This document shows, piece after piece, positions 1 to 8,803 of a stretch of DNA of 27,409 bases. The stretch comes from a virus (taxonomy: Duplodnaviria; Heunggongvirae; Uroviricota; Caudoviricetes), in IMG/VR virus record IMGVR_UViG_3300023174_000088, positions 1 to 27,409 of that record. One strand, 5' to 3'. Every line of letters starts with the position of its first letter. Within the stretch, counting starts at the first letter, position 1. A program made the translations under genes and the position numbers. The notes under the pieces were generated by a model, which did not search any database, was not told where the DNA came from, and saw only the letters and a list, made by a program, of their open reading frames with translations.

Positions 1-2
1 TT

Positions 3-1127
3 ACATATGATCTTGCTCCTATTATATATGAACAAATTACTAATGGAACTGGAGCCACTGTAACTCATGATGCTACTAATAGATATGCTTTAATGACATT
101 TAGCTCCACTCCAACAGGTGGTAAAGCTTATATGCAGAGTTATGAATATCTTCCTTATCAACCTGGAAGATCTCAACTTGCATTTGTTACATTTAATATG
201 GTGTCTGCTGTAGCTAACACACTTAAGTTTGCAGGATATTCTGATGGTGTGAATGGTGTAGAATTTCAGTTAGATGGAACCACCAAACAGTTTAAACTAT
301 ATTCAGCTACAGCTAGTGGAAATCTTACAGTGACTCAGTCTTCTTGGAATTTAGATAAGTTAGACGGAACAGGAGCTAGTGGTATAACATTAGATATAAC
401 TAAAGTGCAGATTTTAGTTATAGATATACAAGCACTTTATGCAGGTAGGGTGAGAATAGGTTTTGATATAGGTGGTCAGATTATATATGCTCATCAGTTT
501 CTTCATGCTAACAATATTACACCTCCATATATACAATCAGCCAATCTTCCTGTAAGATGTGGTATGACTTCTACAGGAACAGTGAGTACAACAATGTATT
601 TCTTGTGTTCAGCTGTCATATCTGAAGGAGGATCTGAAGATATCAATGTTTATGGATATACATTTCAGCAAGACTCAGGACCTATAAGTGTTACTACAGG
701 CGGTACACACATGTTGAGTCTTAGACCAAAAACTACATTCAATAGCATAACAAACAGAACAAGAGTGGCTTATATTGATGTAGAGATATATAATGGAGGT
801 AATCAACCTATACAATGGCAGTTGTGTGTTGGTCAAGCTATAAGTGGAACCACTACATATAATAATGTAAATGCGACATACTCCAGTTCTGAATATAATG
901 TATTGGGAACGCTTAGCGGTAGTCCTGCTATTGTAATAGATGGTGGATTTGTAGCTTCAGCAGGTGGTGCTAAAGGTGTAACTAATACAGCAATCATCTC
1001 ACGTTACCCTATTACACTTGATGCAGCAGGGTTACAAAGATCTTTAGGAACATTAACTCTTAAAGCTACATCATTAAGTGGTACACAAACTGTTTATGCT
1101 TCAATAAAATTTAGAGAAATCAGATAA
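3..1127 (+). CDS. Putative virion structural protein (5'-partial)
   Basis: The frame is open from position 3 (TYDLAPIIYEQITNGTGATVTHDATNRYAL precedes the Met at 93), so the gene starts before the window. Thr/Gly/Ser-rich, beta-rich, contains a YQPGRSQL motif that I recall from phage structural proteins; lies among tail genes. Confidence 0.6.
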   Translation, partial: TYDLAPIIYEQITNGTGATVTHDATNRYALMTFSSTPTGGKAYMQSYEYLPYQPGRSQLAFVTFNMVSAVANTLKFAGYSDGVNGVEFQLDGTTKQFKLYSATASGNLTVTQSSWNLDKLDGTGASGITLDITKVQILVIDIQALYAGRVRIGFDIGGQIIYAHQFLHANNITPPYIQSANLPVRCGMTSTGTVSTTMYFLCSAVISEGGSEDINVYGYTFQQDSGPISVTTGGTHMLSLRPKTTFNSITNRTRVAYIDVEIYNGGNQPIQWQLCVGQAISGTTTYNNVNATYSSSEYNVLGTLSGSPAIVIDGGFVASAGGAKGVTNTAIISRYPITLDAAGLQRSLGTLTLKATSLSGTQTVYASIKFREIR

Positions 1128-1132
1128 TAAAC

Positions 1133-2089
1133 ATGGCCCAAGGTACTACACGTGGCGTTCCTATAGATACAGATCCTACGCTAGCAGCAGATAGTGATCT
1201 TCTTGTTCCTTCACAGAAGGCTGTAAAAGCATATGCACAACCACAGCTTAACGGAACAGGTTTTGTTAAGGCTACAGGTACTACAATAAACTATGACAAT
1301 TCCACCTATTTAACGTCCGCCATTACTTCTTTAGGGGGGCTTACAGGTGCAACACAAACACTTGCTACAGGAACAACAGGTACAAACTTTGCTATATCAT
1401 CCGCAGGCACTACACATACATTCAACCTTCCTGATGCCTCAGCAACAGCAAGGGGTGTAATAACAACAGGTGCACAGACAATTGCAGGGAATAAGACATT
1501 TACGGGTAGCATTTCAGGGGTAGATAGTTGGCAACTAAAGGCAATACAGGCACTAGGGTCTCCCATAAAGAGTAGCCCTATAGGTGGTTCGTTTATGCCA
1601 AACACAGGCACAGGAATGGTGTCTACAAGGTCGTATTTTAATGCTGTGTATTTGGAGAAAGATACTACGTCCACAGGTGTGGCATTTTTTCAGGTGACAC
1701 AGGGTGTATTCACTGCAAATAACTTTAATGGCTTAGGGTTATATTCATATAGTGGTGGAACTGTTACACAGATTGCAATCACTGCAAATGATGGTAATAA
1801 TTGGAAGAATGCCTCCAACACTTGGGTTCAGGTCGCTTGGACATCCCCTGTTGTATTGACAGCAGGCGTTTATTTTATTGGAATGTTGTACAGTTCTTCT
1901 GCACAGACAACAGCGCCATCTATTGGAAGCACAAGCATATTTAACAATCAGAACTATTTTGCACCGCTTACGACGAATAGTAGTAGGCTTTTTGGAGGAG
2001 TCATAAACACCGTAACGTCTCTTCCTGCATCTCAGGCATGTTCTGCTTGGACAAACATTAGCACTTATTTCTCTGTATATATATACTAA
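1133..2089 (+). CDS. Tail fibre-like / virion protein
   Basis: 318 aa, Thr/Gly-rich; N-terminal DTDPTLAADSDLLVPSQKAVKAY; fibre-type module LPDASATARGVITTGAQTIAGNKTF shared with 2936..5209; no signal peptide. Confidence 0.7.
   Translation: MAQGTTRGVPIDTDPTLAADSDLLVPSQKAVKAYAQPQLNGTGFVKATGTTINYDNSTYLTSAITSLGGLTGATQTLATGTTGTNFAISSAGTTHTFNLPDASATARGVITTGAQTIAGNKTFTGSISGVDSWQLKAIQALGSPIKSSPIGGSFMPNTGTGMVSTRSYFNAVYLEKDTTSTGVAFFQVTQGVFTANNFNGLGLYSYSGGTVTQIAITANDGNNWKNASNTWVQVAWTSPVVLTAGVYFIGMLYSSSAQTTAPSIGSTSIFNNQNYFAPLTTNSSRLFGGVINTVTSLPASQACSAWTNISTYFSVYIY
1367..1501 (+). repeat. Shared fibre module, copy 1
   Basis: GTTGTNFAISS...FNLPDASATARGVITTGAQTIAGNKTF aligns by eye with copy 2 at 3845..3997. 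Confidence 0.75.
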
Positions 2090-2091
2090 CT

Positions 2092-2520
2092 ATGGACATT
2101 ATATTGGAAATACCTGACATTGTAGTTGACTCAACAGTCCTTAAAAGAAAGGCAAAGTTGTTTGCCTTGGTGTATAACACCACTGAGAAGTTTGTCACAT
2201 TGTCTTGGGTGATAACCACCTATGCTGCAAATGAGGACGGCAGTTATGGGAATGAGTTGTCACAGTTTATTCCTCCTTATAAGAGGGAGCAGATTGCTAC
2301 AAATAACATCCCAGTGAATCCTCTCACAGGTGTGCCAATTGATCCAGAACTGATACAGCCAACAATAACCATCAACCCTGTAACAGGGGAAGAAATAAGC
2401 ACTCCAAGCACTATTCCCTGGATTGGCCAATATGACTTCTTTAACAATATTGGAGAAAATGTATCTATAAAGATACATGATGTCATCAGGCAGTTTGGTG
2501 CAACATTGCAAACATCATAA
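2092..2520 (+). CDS. Hypothetical protein (position typical of a tail fibre chaperone)
   Basis: 142-aa ORF starting 2 nt after the fibre-like gene; no recognised motif. Confidence 0.6.
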   Translation: MDIILEIPDIVVDSTVLKRKAKLFALVYNTTEKFVTLSWVITTYAANEDGSYGNELSQFIPPYKREQIATNNIPVNPLTGVPIDPELIQPTITINPVTGEEISTPSTIPWIGQYDFFNNIGENVSIKIHDVIRQFGATLQTS

Positions 2521-2532
2521 TACATTAATAAA

Positions 2533-2931
2533 ATGAATATAGTTTGCCCTCCTAATCCGTGTCCTATAAAATTGAACACAAATTGTGTATTCTATACAGG
2601 TCCCAACCTTCCTGTTACAGGAATTGTCACAAATGACAATGTACAGATTACATTAACAAAGATAGAGGCTCTCTTTAAGGAACTAGTGCAGCCATCTGGT
2701 TCTTCAGTGGAGACAACATATGTTGTTCCTACGCCTGGAGAAAACTCTTTTTCAGTGCCTAGCCTACAGGGTAAGACACTTCTTTTGGCTTTTAGGTCTG
2801 GCCTTGCAAAAGGAATCACATCTTCACCTACATCAAATTCACTATATCTGCAGGTGAGCGGTGGTACAGTGACACTCCCTATAGGGGATGTTGTTGAGAG
2901 TGATGAACTATTTATATTCTTATACAGATAA
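2533..2931 (+). CDS. Hypothetical virion-associated protein
   Basis: 132 aa; N-terminal CPPNPCPIKLNTNCVFYTGPNLPVTGIVTNDN Cys/Pro motif; A-rich start; TAA stop. Confidence 0.6.
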   Translation: MNIVCPPNPCPIKLNTNCVFYTGPNLPVTGIVTNDNVQITLTKIEALFKELVQPSGSSVETTYVVPTPGENSFSVPSLQGKTLLLAFRSGLAKGITSSPTSNSLYLQVSGGTVTLPIGDVVESDELFIFLYR

Positions 2932-2935
2932 TATT

Positions 2936-5209
2936 ATGAAACGTCTATTAACTATTCTATTTCTTTTTTTGAGTGTGGCTTCCTTTGGTCAAATCTACCA
3001 AGCAATGCCTCAGGCAGGATATGGTCCTGTTAAGAGAATGTTATTTGATTCCGTTCTTACAATTCCTATTGGAATTCCTGGCCTCAGGAACATCCCAGGT
3101 GGTAGGGATGTTGGTCAAATCAGATATGTTACAAGCGACAGTAGCATATATGTATACACTGGCACCAATTGGGTAAAGGCAAGTTCCAGTGGTGGTGGCC
3201 CATCCACTCCTGACACAATCGTAGCAAAATATCCTATTCGTATAGATACAACAGGGGTGAGAGACACCATCTACCTTGCACAAGCATTCCTAGACAGTGT
3301 ATATAATGGTACAACAGGATTTGGAACTGGTCTCATCACTGCTGGAATAGTGCAGACAGACACAGTGATTAATGTCACACCACCCATAGTTTGGAAAAGA
3401 AACGGAACAGTGAATACACAAAATGTTGGGGAGGCATTCCCAATAACAAGGGCTAGTACAAACTATTTTAGAACAGACCTCATTTACATCACTGGAGCAG
3501 ATACCCTGAGTTATATTCAGGGAGTGGAGAGCTTGGTCAATCCAGCAGCCCCCATTGTTCCAGTGGATGGTATAGTGATTACATATGTAAATGTCTTTGA
3601 TACACTAGTTAACGCCAGTGGACCACCCTCCACCTACCAAAGGACAGCTGTTGTCTATATAGATGCTAACACAGGCTCATTGGCTACAGATAGTGTTTCC
3701 TTCAATTGGAATCAAACCACCAAAGATCTTACAATAAGTAGTCTTGGTGGGTCAGGTACAAGAATGGTAGTAGCAAGCCCTACAGGTGTACTTAGTACGC
3801 AACCTATATCTAGCGGTGGAACAGTGACATCTGTGGGACTAACTACAGGTACAACTGGCACTGATATTAACATTGGAGCTGGTACATCCCCAGTTACAAC
3901 AAGTGGAACTATTACATTAAATGTCCCAGATGCAGGAGCCACTTCTAGGGGAGTTGTTACAACAGGAACACAAACTTTTGCAGGAAGTAAAACTTTCACC
4001 TCAGATGTAACAGTGGAAGATGCAACTTTAGGAACAAAATTTGGAACTTCAATTCTAGCAAATAGTTCACTTTATTTTGGAAACAATGCAATTGTAAGTT
4101 TGACAAGTGGCACGGGAAATACAGCCTTAGGTAATAGAGCTGGTCTTTTTTTAGGAAGCGGAAATTCTAATGTGTTCATAGGTTATCAATCATCCTCATA
4201 CAGAGGTCTTGGTAATAATAACGTAACAATTGGTGTTTCAGCTGGTAACGGTGGATTAGCTCCTGGAGGTGTAGGAGATGAAAATACAATAGTTGGATCG
4301 CAAAATTTTATCAGACCCTCTTCTGGTAATAGAAACACATCAATTGGATTTAGTAATTTTCAGCTTTGTACATCAAGCTCAAATAATACAGTGATTGGTT
4401 CAGGAATTGAGATGAATGGATTTTCCTACACTTTATCAGACAATGTAATTCTTGGCGATGGACAAGGAAATATAAGATTTAGAAACACTGGACCATCTAC
4501 ATATTTAAATGGTAATGTTGGTATTGGTAGTTTTAATATGGGAAGTCTTACACCTACAGCTTCATCATACTTATTGCATATAATAGGAACAGCTGGTGCA
4601 ACAGCGCAATATATGCAGGGTAATTTAGAAGTACAAAATGGTGGCAATGGAACAAACATAATAAATGCACAGCTCAATAGATTTTCAGCAACAGAAAATA
4701 GAATAGAAGGGCATTTGACAAGGAGTACAAGTTGGTCACAGGGAGATATCATCAACTTGGATGGAGACGCACCTACAGTTCCTACCAGCCAGGCATGGAT
4801 TCCTATTAGTTTACAATCAGGAACAGTGATAAGAACAACTGGCAGTGCTAATAATAGCATGATAAGCCTTAGGCCAACATACAATTTTACAGGGACCTAC
4901 TCTGGTGAAACAATAGGAATAGACTACAGACCCACATTAACAAGTCTTAATGGAACATCACACATTGCATTGAGAGCTACAAGTGGTCAGGTGGTGATAG
5001 GAGCAGTCACTCCAGCTGCCTCAGCTGTGGTGGACATCACCTCCACAACCCAAGGCTTTCTCCCTCCCCGAATGACAGGAGCACAAGCAGAGCTCATAAG
5101 CAGCCCTGCTGAAGGCTTGATGGTGTATTCTACAGATGGAAGTGGAACCACTATAACAAGCAAGGGATGGTGGGGATATAATGGAACAACATGGGTGAAA
5201 CTAAACTAA
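2936..5209 (+). CDS. Tail fibre/adhesin-like protein with Sec signal peptide
   Basis: Likely start is the ATG at 2936 (MKRLLTILFLFLSVASFG|Q), not 2888. Contains the shared fibre module, NTALG/NVFIG/NVTIG/NTIVG/NTSIG/NTVIG beta-roll-like repeats, and C-terminal SAVVDITSTTQGFLPPRMT...PAEGLMVY..D...WGYNGTTW, a motif familiar from Bacteroidota proteins. Confidence 0.75.
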   Translation: MKRLLTILFLFLSVASFGQIYQAMPQAGYGPVKRMLFDSVLTIPIGIPGLRNIPGGRDVGQIRYVTSDSSIYVYTGTNWVKASSSGGGPSTPDTIVAKYPIRIDTTGVRDTIYLAQAFLDSVYNGTTGFGTGLITAGIVQTDTVINVTPPIVWKRNGTVNTQNVGEAFPITRASTNYFRTDLIYITGADTLSYIQGVESLVNPAAPIVPVDGIVITYVNVFDTLVNASGPPSTYQRTAVVYIDANTGSLATDSVSFNWNQTTKDLTISSLGGSGTRMVVASPTGVLSTQPISSGGTVTSVGLTTGTTGTDINIGAGTSPVTTSGTITLNVPDAGATSRGVVTTGTQTFAGSKTFTSDVTVEDATLGTKFGTSILANSSLYFGNNAIVSLTSGTGNTALGNRAGLFLGSGNSNVFIGYQSSSYRGLGNNNVTIGVSAGNGGLAPGGVGDENTIVGSQNFIRPSSGNRNTSIGFSNFQLCTSSSNNTVIGSGIEMNGFSYTLSDNVILGDGQGNIRFRNTGPSTYLNGNVGIGSFNMGSLTPTASSYLLHIIGTAGATAQYMQGNLEVQNGGNGTNIINAQLNRFSATENRIEGHLTRSTSWSQGDIINLDGDAPTVPTSQAWIPISLQSGTVIRTTGSANNSMISLRPTYNFTGTYSGETIGIDYRPTLTSLNGTSHIALRATSGQVVIGAVTPAASAVVDITSTTQGFLPPRMTGAQAELISSPAEGLMVYSTDGSGTTITSKGWWGYNGTTWVKLN
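3845..3997 (+). repeat. Shared fibre module, copy 2
   Basis: GTTGTDINIG...LNVPDAGATSRGVVTTGTQTFAGSKTF is similar to 1367..1501. Confidence 0.75.
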
Positions 5210-5216
5210 TAATAAC

Positions 5217-5462
5217 ATGGCAAGTTTAATTGACAAAGTGAAGATTAAAGCTGGAAGACTTGTAAAGGTTTGGAACACAGAGAAAAAGAAGTTTTCCAAC
5301 GCTAAGCCCTGGTATGTCTCTGTATGGGTGGAAGATGCTAACGGAAAGAACGAGAGATGTCTTCTCTTTACAGAGGCAGAAATAAAGAAAGCTGAAGAAA
5401 GAGCTTCCAAAAATCAAGAAGACCTGACATCAAAAGCATTTTTTACAAACATAATAGACTAA
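5217..5462 (+). CDS. Hypothetical protein
   Basis: 81-aa ORF; AACATGG start context like neighbouring genes; fills the gap on the coding strand. Confidence 0.7.
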   Translation: MASLIDKVKIKAGRLVKVWNTEKKKFSNAKPWYVSVWVEDANGKNERCLLFTEAEIKKAEERASKNQEDLTSKAFFTNIID

Positions 5463-5468
5463 AAAACC

Positions 5469-5591
5469 ATGGCAAGAAGTACAAACGACATTAGAAAAGT
5501 ATCCTTTGGAAGAAGAAAGGGTGGTAAACCAACCAAGTGTAAAGGTCCTAAAGCCAAATCTGTCTCTAAATACAGAGGACAGGGGAGATAA
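5469..5591 (+). CDS. Small basic peptide ending in YRGQGR
   Basis: Not in the ORF track. Translated by hand: MARSTNDIRKVSFGRRKGGKPTKCKGPKAKSVSKYRGQGR* (40 aa); AAAAACCATGG start context; TAA stop. Confidence 0.7.
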   Translation: MARSTNDIRKVSFGRRKGGKPTKCKGPKAKSVSKYRGQGR

Positions 5592-5630
5592 TGAGAAACA
5601 ATTTTTTAACATAAATTAAAACCTCTAACA

Positions 5631-5741
5631 ATGAGTATTCCCAATCAACAAATCGGATCAAGCGTAGAAGCAAAGCTTCTATGGCAAATTTCAAAGCAGC
5701 TGGAAAAGCTGATTCAAATCACATCTAAACTCGTACCTTAA
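5631..5741 (+). CDS. Small hypothetical protein
   Basis: Not in the ORF track. MSIPNQQIGSSVEAKLLWQISKQLEKLIQITSKLVP* (36 aa); A-rich leader; amphipathic helix. Confidence 0.7.
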   Translation: MSIPNQQIGSSVEAKLLWQISKQLEKLIQITSKLVP

Positions 5742-5767
5742 TTTTTAAACAATAAAAAACAACTGTT

Positions 5768-6187
5768 ATGACACCTAATAAGAGAGACTTAAAAGCCTTT
5801 GTCCGCTTCGATGGAAGTGGGAGAGTTGTTTCAAGTAGCCTCATTCTGAGAAAACAAAAGCCCAAAGTGGGCAAATGGATGGAAGTGCAAGCCTATCAAT
5901 GCTGCAATGGACCTTCTGTTATAACCACTCCTGGTGACACTCTTCCCAGTACAAACTTCTCTGTATCCATTGCTTGTGATGGTACAGAACAAAACGTATC
6001 ATTTGTACTTGTCGGAGCGTTTACCACTATTACAGCGGTGGTAGCAGCCTTGAATCTGCAATTTGGATTTATTGGCACATTCTCTGTAGCAGAAAACGGA
6101 ACAGACATTATTGTTACGCTTTCTGAAGATATGGCTGAAACCTTTAGAGGATGCGACATCACTGTAACGTCTTCATACAACCCGTAA
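5768..6187 (+). CDS. Hypothetical protein
   Basis: 139 aa; basic N-terminal half (AFVRFDGSGRVVSSSLILRKQKPKVGKW...QCCN) and beta-rich C-terminal half. Confidence 0.7.
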   Translation: MTPNKRDLKAFVRFDGSGRVVSSSLILRKQKPKVGKWMEVQAYQCCNGPSVITTPGDTLPSTNFSVSIACDGTEQNVSFVLVGAFTTITAVVAALNLQFGFIGTFSVAENGTDIIVTLSEDMAETFRGCDITVTSSYNP

Positions 6188-6205
6188 TATATAAAACCAA
6201 AAACC

Positions 6206-6619
6206 ATGCTATCTATTTTTCCAGAAGGAATGATGGGGGGATCTTCCTCCCTATCCCTGGACAGTGTTGCTGCCAAGCTTACACATTTTGTTGACCAGTT
6301 GCATCTATTGCATTGGCAGACAACGAGTTATGCGGAGCACCAAGCTCTTGGTGGACTGTATGACAAGGTGTTTGACCTCAAGGATGAGATTGTTGAGAAG
6401 ATGATGGGCTATTCAGGAAAGCGTCCTAAAGCAATGAAACATGACATGCTCAGAGACTATTCTATTGGAATAGCTACATCTGTAGTGAGTGATCTTATGT
6501 CCTTTGCAAAGGAGCTTCAAAGTTACGCATCCTCTAACGGAATGCCTGACATTGAGAATATAGCTCAGTCTTTGTCTGGAGAAGCAGCTAAAACCAAATA
6601 CCTGTTAACACTGTCTTAA
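6206..6619 (+). CDS. Dps/ferritin-like four-helix protein (DUF5856-like)
   Basis: LHLLHWQTTSYAEHQALGGLYDKVFDLKDEIVEK matches the Dps-type HW...H......Y...D...E ferroxidase pattern; helical; 137 aa. Confidence 0.8.
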   Translation: MLSIFPEGMMGGSSSLSLDSVAAKLTHFVDQLHLLHWQTTSYAEHQALGGLYDKVFDLKDEIVEKMMGYSGKRPKAMKHDMLRDYSIGIATSVVSDLMSFAKELQSYASSNGMPDIENIAQSLSGEAAKTKYLLTLS

Positions 6620-6903
6620 TGCGGATAGTAAAAAAGTATTTTCCTGAAGTGATGTCAGATAATGATGTTGCTTATTTCAATCATTTGTTCGGAATTGTGG
6701 AGTCTGTGGATGAGCTCTGTTCACTAGAGATCACCAAGACTCCACGTTCCTATCATTTTAGGATAGCTACATCCCTTCCGAAGTATAACGAACTCCTATT
6801 GAAAGAGCTGTTGAAATACCACAACCTCTTACAGATAAAATTAAACATGGGGAAGAGCATGAAAGCCTCAGCCACCATTGTATTTGATATAGATTTAAAT
6901 TAA
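6619..6903 (+). CDS. Hypothetical protein
   Basis: 94 aa; TAATG coupling to the Dps-like gene. Confidence 0.7.
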   Translation: MRIVKKYFPEVMSDNDVAYFNHLFGIVESVDELCSLEITKTPRSYHFRIATSLPKYNELLLKELLKYHNLLQIKLNMGKSMKASATIVFDIDLN

Positions 6904-6908
6904 ACAAA

Positions 6909-7340
6909 ATGCCCACATATATCAAGACAGGCTTTTGGGACAAGATTGTTGGGAACAACCCCCAACAAGCAAAAGCCCCTAAACAATGGCTCAATCTCGA
7001 CCTATTGATTTCAAAATCAAGGGGTTATAAAGTGTATTCAGCCCTGCTGACACAAACTAATGGAAATGATCCTACAGCAATAGTGTTGGAAAACACCCTC
7101 GGACCAATTACATATCAATATTCTACTGTAGGAAGATATAGTATATTATCATCTAGCTTGTTCACTACAGATAAGACATTTATTCTTATTGGAAATTCTG
7201 TAAATCTAAACCCTGGTGAATTAGTAAACTTTGGAATAGGAGGAGACAGCTCAATAACACTATGGTCTCTTGACAACACAGGGTCACAATCTGATGATAT
7301 ATTATTAAATACTCCTATAGAAATACGAGTGTACGATTAA
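6909..7340 (+). CDS. Hypothetical virion-type beta-rich protein
   Basis: 143 aa; YKVYSALLTQTNGNDPTAIVLENTLG...STVGRY...NTPIEIRVY segment resembles domains I recall from Bacteroidota phage tail proteins. Confidence 0.6.
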   Translation: MPTYIKTGFWDKIVGNNPQQAKAPKQWLNLDLLISKSRGYKVYSALLTQTNGNDPTAIVLENTLGPITYQYSTVGRYSILSSSLFTTDKTFILIGNSVNLNPGELVNFGIGGDSSITLWSLDNTGSQSDDILLNTPIEIRVYD

Positions 7341-7348
7341 AAAAAAGA

Positions 7349-7380
7349 TTTGGAAATATCAAACTAATTACATAGATTTG
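7349..7380 (+). promoter_or_regulatory. Bacteroidota primary-sigma promoter (-33 TTTG, -7 TAnnTTTG)
   Basis: TTTG (7349-7352), 20-nt spacer, TAGATTTG (7373-7380) followed by CGCC; intergenic, 29 nt before the ATG at 7410. Confidence 0.8.
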
Positions 7381-7409
7381 CGCCATTCTTAAACCAAAAA
7401 TTAAATAAT

Positions 7410-7664
7410 ATGCAAGTAGTTAAAGGTGAAGCAGTTGCTTCCTATGATCCCAGCAAGAAGTACACATGGACTCCAGAAGACCAATTCACACTGTCTGGAG
7501 CAGAATTTGGACTGGTTTTGAACACGCTCAGAGCCATCCTTAACACTCCTGAAGCAGCCAAGATTCTTTTGGCCAACCAAGCAAATGAGGTGGTTGAATC
7601 CACCCTTGCAAAGGCTGTAGAAGCTGGTGTGGTTAAAGAGGTGACAGAAGATGGTCAACAATAA
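7410..7664 (+). CDS. Hypothetical acidic protein
   Basis: 84 aa; first gene after the promoter; A-rich leader. Confidence 0.75.
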   Translation: MQVVKGEAVASYDPSKKYTWTPEDQFTLSGAEFGLVLNTLRAILNTPEAAKILLANQANEVVESTLAKAVEAGVVKEVTEDGQQ

Positions 7665-7683
7665 TAATTTAAAACGAATGAAT

Positions 7684-8118
7684 ATGAAAAGGACAATAAA
7701 GAAGTATCAAAATGCTCCTAAGCCTGTTACGAAAAATATGGGCATGACTATGGTTGAGCTCAAGAAGAAATACCGCAATGCTGACACCTTGCGAGATGTA
7801 AGAGGTGAAGAGGTTAATGCTAATGCTCCTAAAAAAATTCTTGAGCAGTACAACGATACATATAATGCGTTTGAAAGAAAGTTTGGTAATAAAGCTGCCC
7901 CAAGTGTTAAAAAACCTGCCAAGCAGAAAATGGGAGGTGTTACAAAAAAGAAGCTCAAGATGGGTGGTGCAGTTAAGAAGGGAGACCTTGTAGCTGCTGG
8001 TGTAACCAAAACCACTAAGAAAGCTCCTATGGTAGATCCCAAAGGGGCCTTCACAAAAGTGCAACAGCGCACGCTTGGCAACATGAAGAAAGGTGGTAAA
8101 ATGTCTAAAAAGAAATAA
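7684..8118 (+). CDS. Lys-rich basic protein
   Basis: Probable start 7684 (MKRTIKK; 7678 or 7651 possible); contains KMGG twice and MKKGGK; ends KMSKKK. Confidence 0.75.
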   Translation: MKRTIKKYQNAPKPVTKNMGMTMVELKKKYRNADTLRDVRGEEVNANAPKKILEQYNDTYNAFERKFGNKAAPSVKKPAKQKMGGVTKKKLKMGGAVKKGDLVAAGVTKTTKKAPMVDPKGAFTKVQQRTLGNMKKGGKMSKKK

Positions 8119-8120
8119 CC

Positions 8121-8447
8121 ATGGCTACAGTTAAGAAAATTAAGAAAGCACAAGGTGGAGACAGTCTTGCTATAAAAAAATCTGCTATATATAAAGCAAG
8201 CAAACCTACATTAGATTCTGCAGGAAAAAAGAACATGAACATTTTAAATGAAATGATTCCTATTGCACAACCTAAATTGAAGGCAATTAAAGCTAAAGAT
8301 GGTAAATGGATTCAGAAAGCCACAGCCTCCATTAAGCGTAGAGGTACAGAGGGTAAATGCACCCCCATCACTAAGCCAGGATGCACAGGTAGGGCTAAGG
8401 CTCTTGCTAAGACATTCAAGGCTATGGCCAAAGCTCGCAAGAAATAA
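8121..8447 (+). CDS. Lys-rich basic protein
   Basis: MATVKKIKKAQGG...AKDGKWIQKATASIKRRGTEGKCTPITKPGCTGRAKALAKTFK; 108 aa. Confidence 0.8.
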   Translation: MATVKKIKKAQGGDSLAIKKSAIYKASKPTLDSAGKKNMNILNEMIPIAQPKLKAIKAKDGKWIQKATASIKRRGTEGKCTPITKPGCTGRAKALAKTFKAMAKARKK

Positions 8448-8803
8448 TGCCTACAATTAAGAAACTTTTACAAGATGCTCCTAGGATGCGTGGTGTAACT
8501 CCTGTTCCTATGGGGCCTCTTGTTAAAAAGAAGGGGCAGTTCAAAGGAAGCACATTGAAATCTGGAGGAAGAGTGAAGGTGAGTGCTGGTGGTGAGAAGC
8601 ATGTTGTATATAAGAAAGAAAGTGCTACAGGTGTTGGCAAAGGCAAGAAAGGTCATATTATGGTGAACCACCCCACCAAAGACAAGGGAAAATGGGACAC
8701 TATAGACCTTACAGAGAAAGCTAAAGCCAAGACAGTTAAGCAAGGTGTAGCAGCCACAAAGAAATGGCATAAAGAAAATCCCTATCCTAAAAAGAAGAAA
8801 TAA
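8447..8803 (+). CDS. Lys-rich basic protein
   Basis: MPTIKK...LKSGG...; TAATG coupling at both ends; 118 aa. Confidence 0.8.
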   Translation: MPTIKKLLQDAPRMRGVTPVPMGPLVKKKGQFKGSTLKSGGRVKVSAGGEKHVVYKKESATGVGKGKKGHIMVNHPTKDKGKWDTIDLTEKAKAKTVKQGVAATKKWHKENPYPKKKK

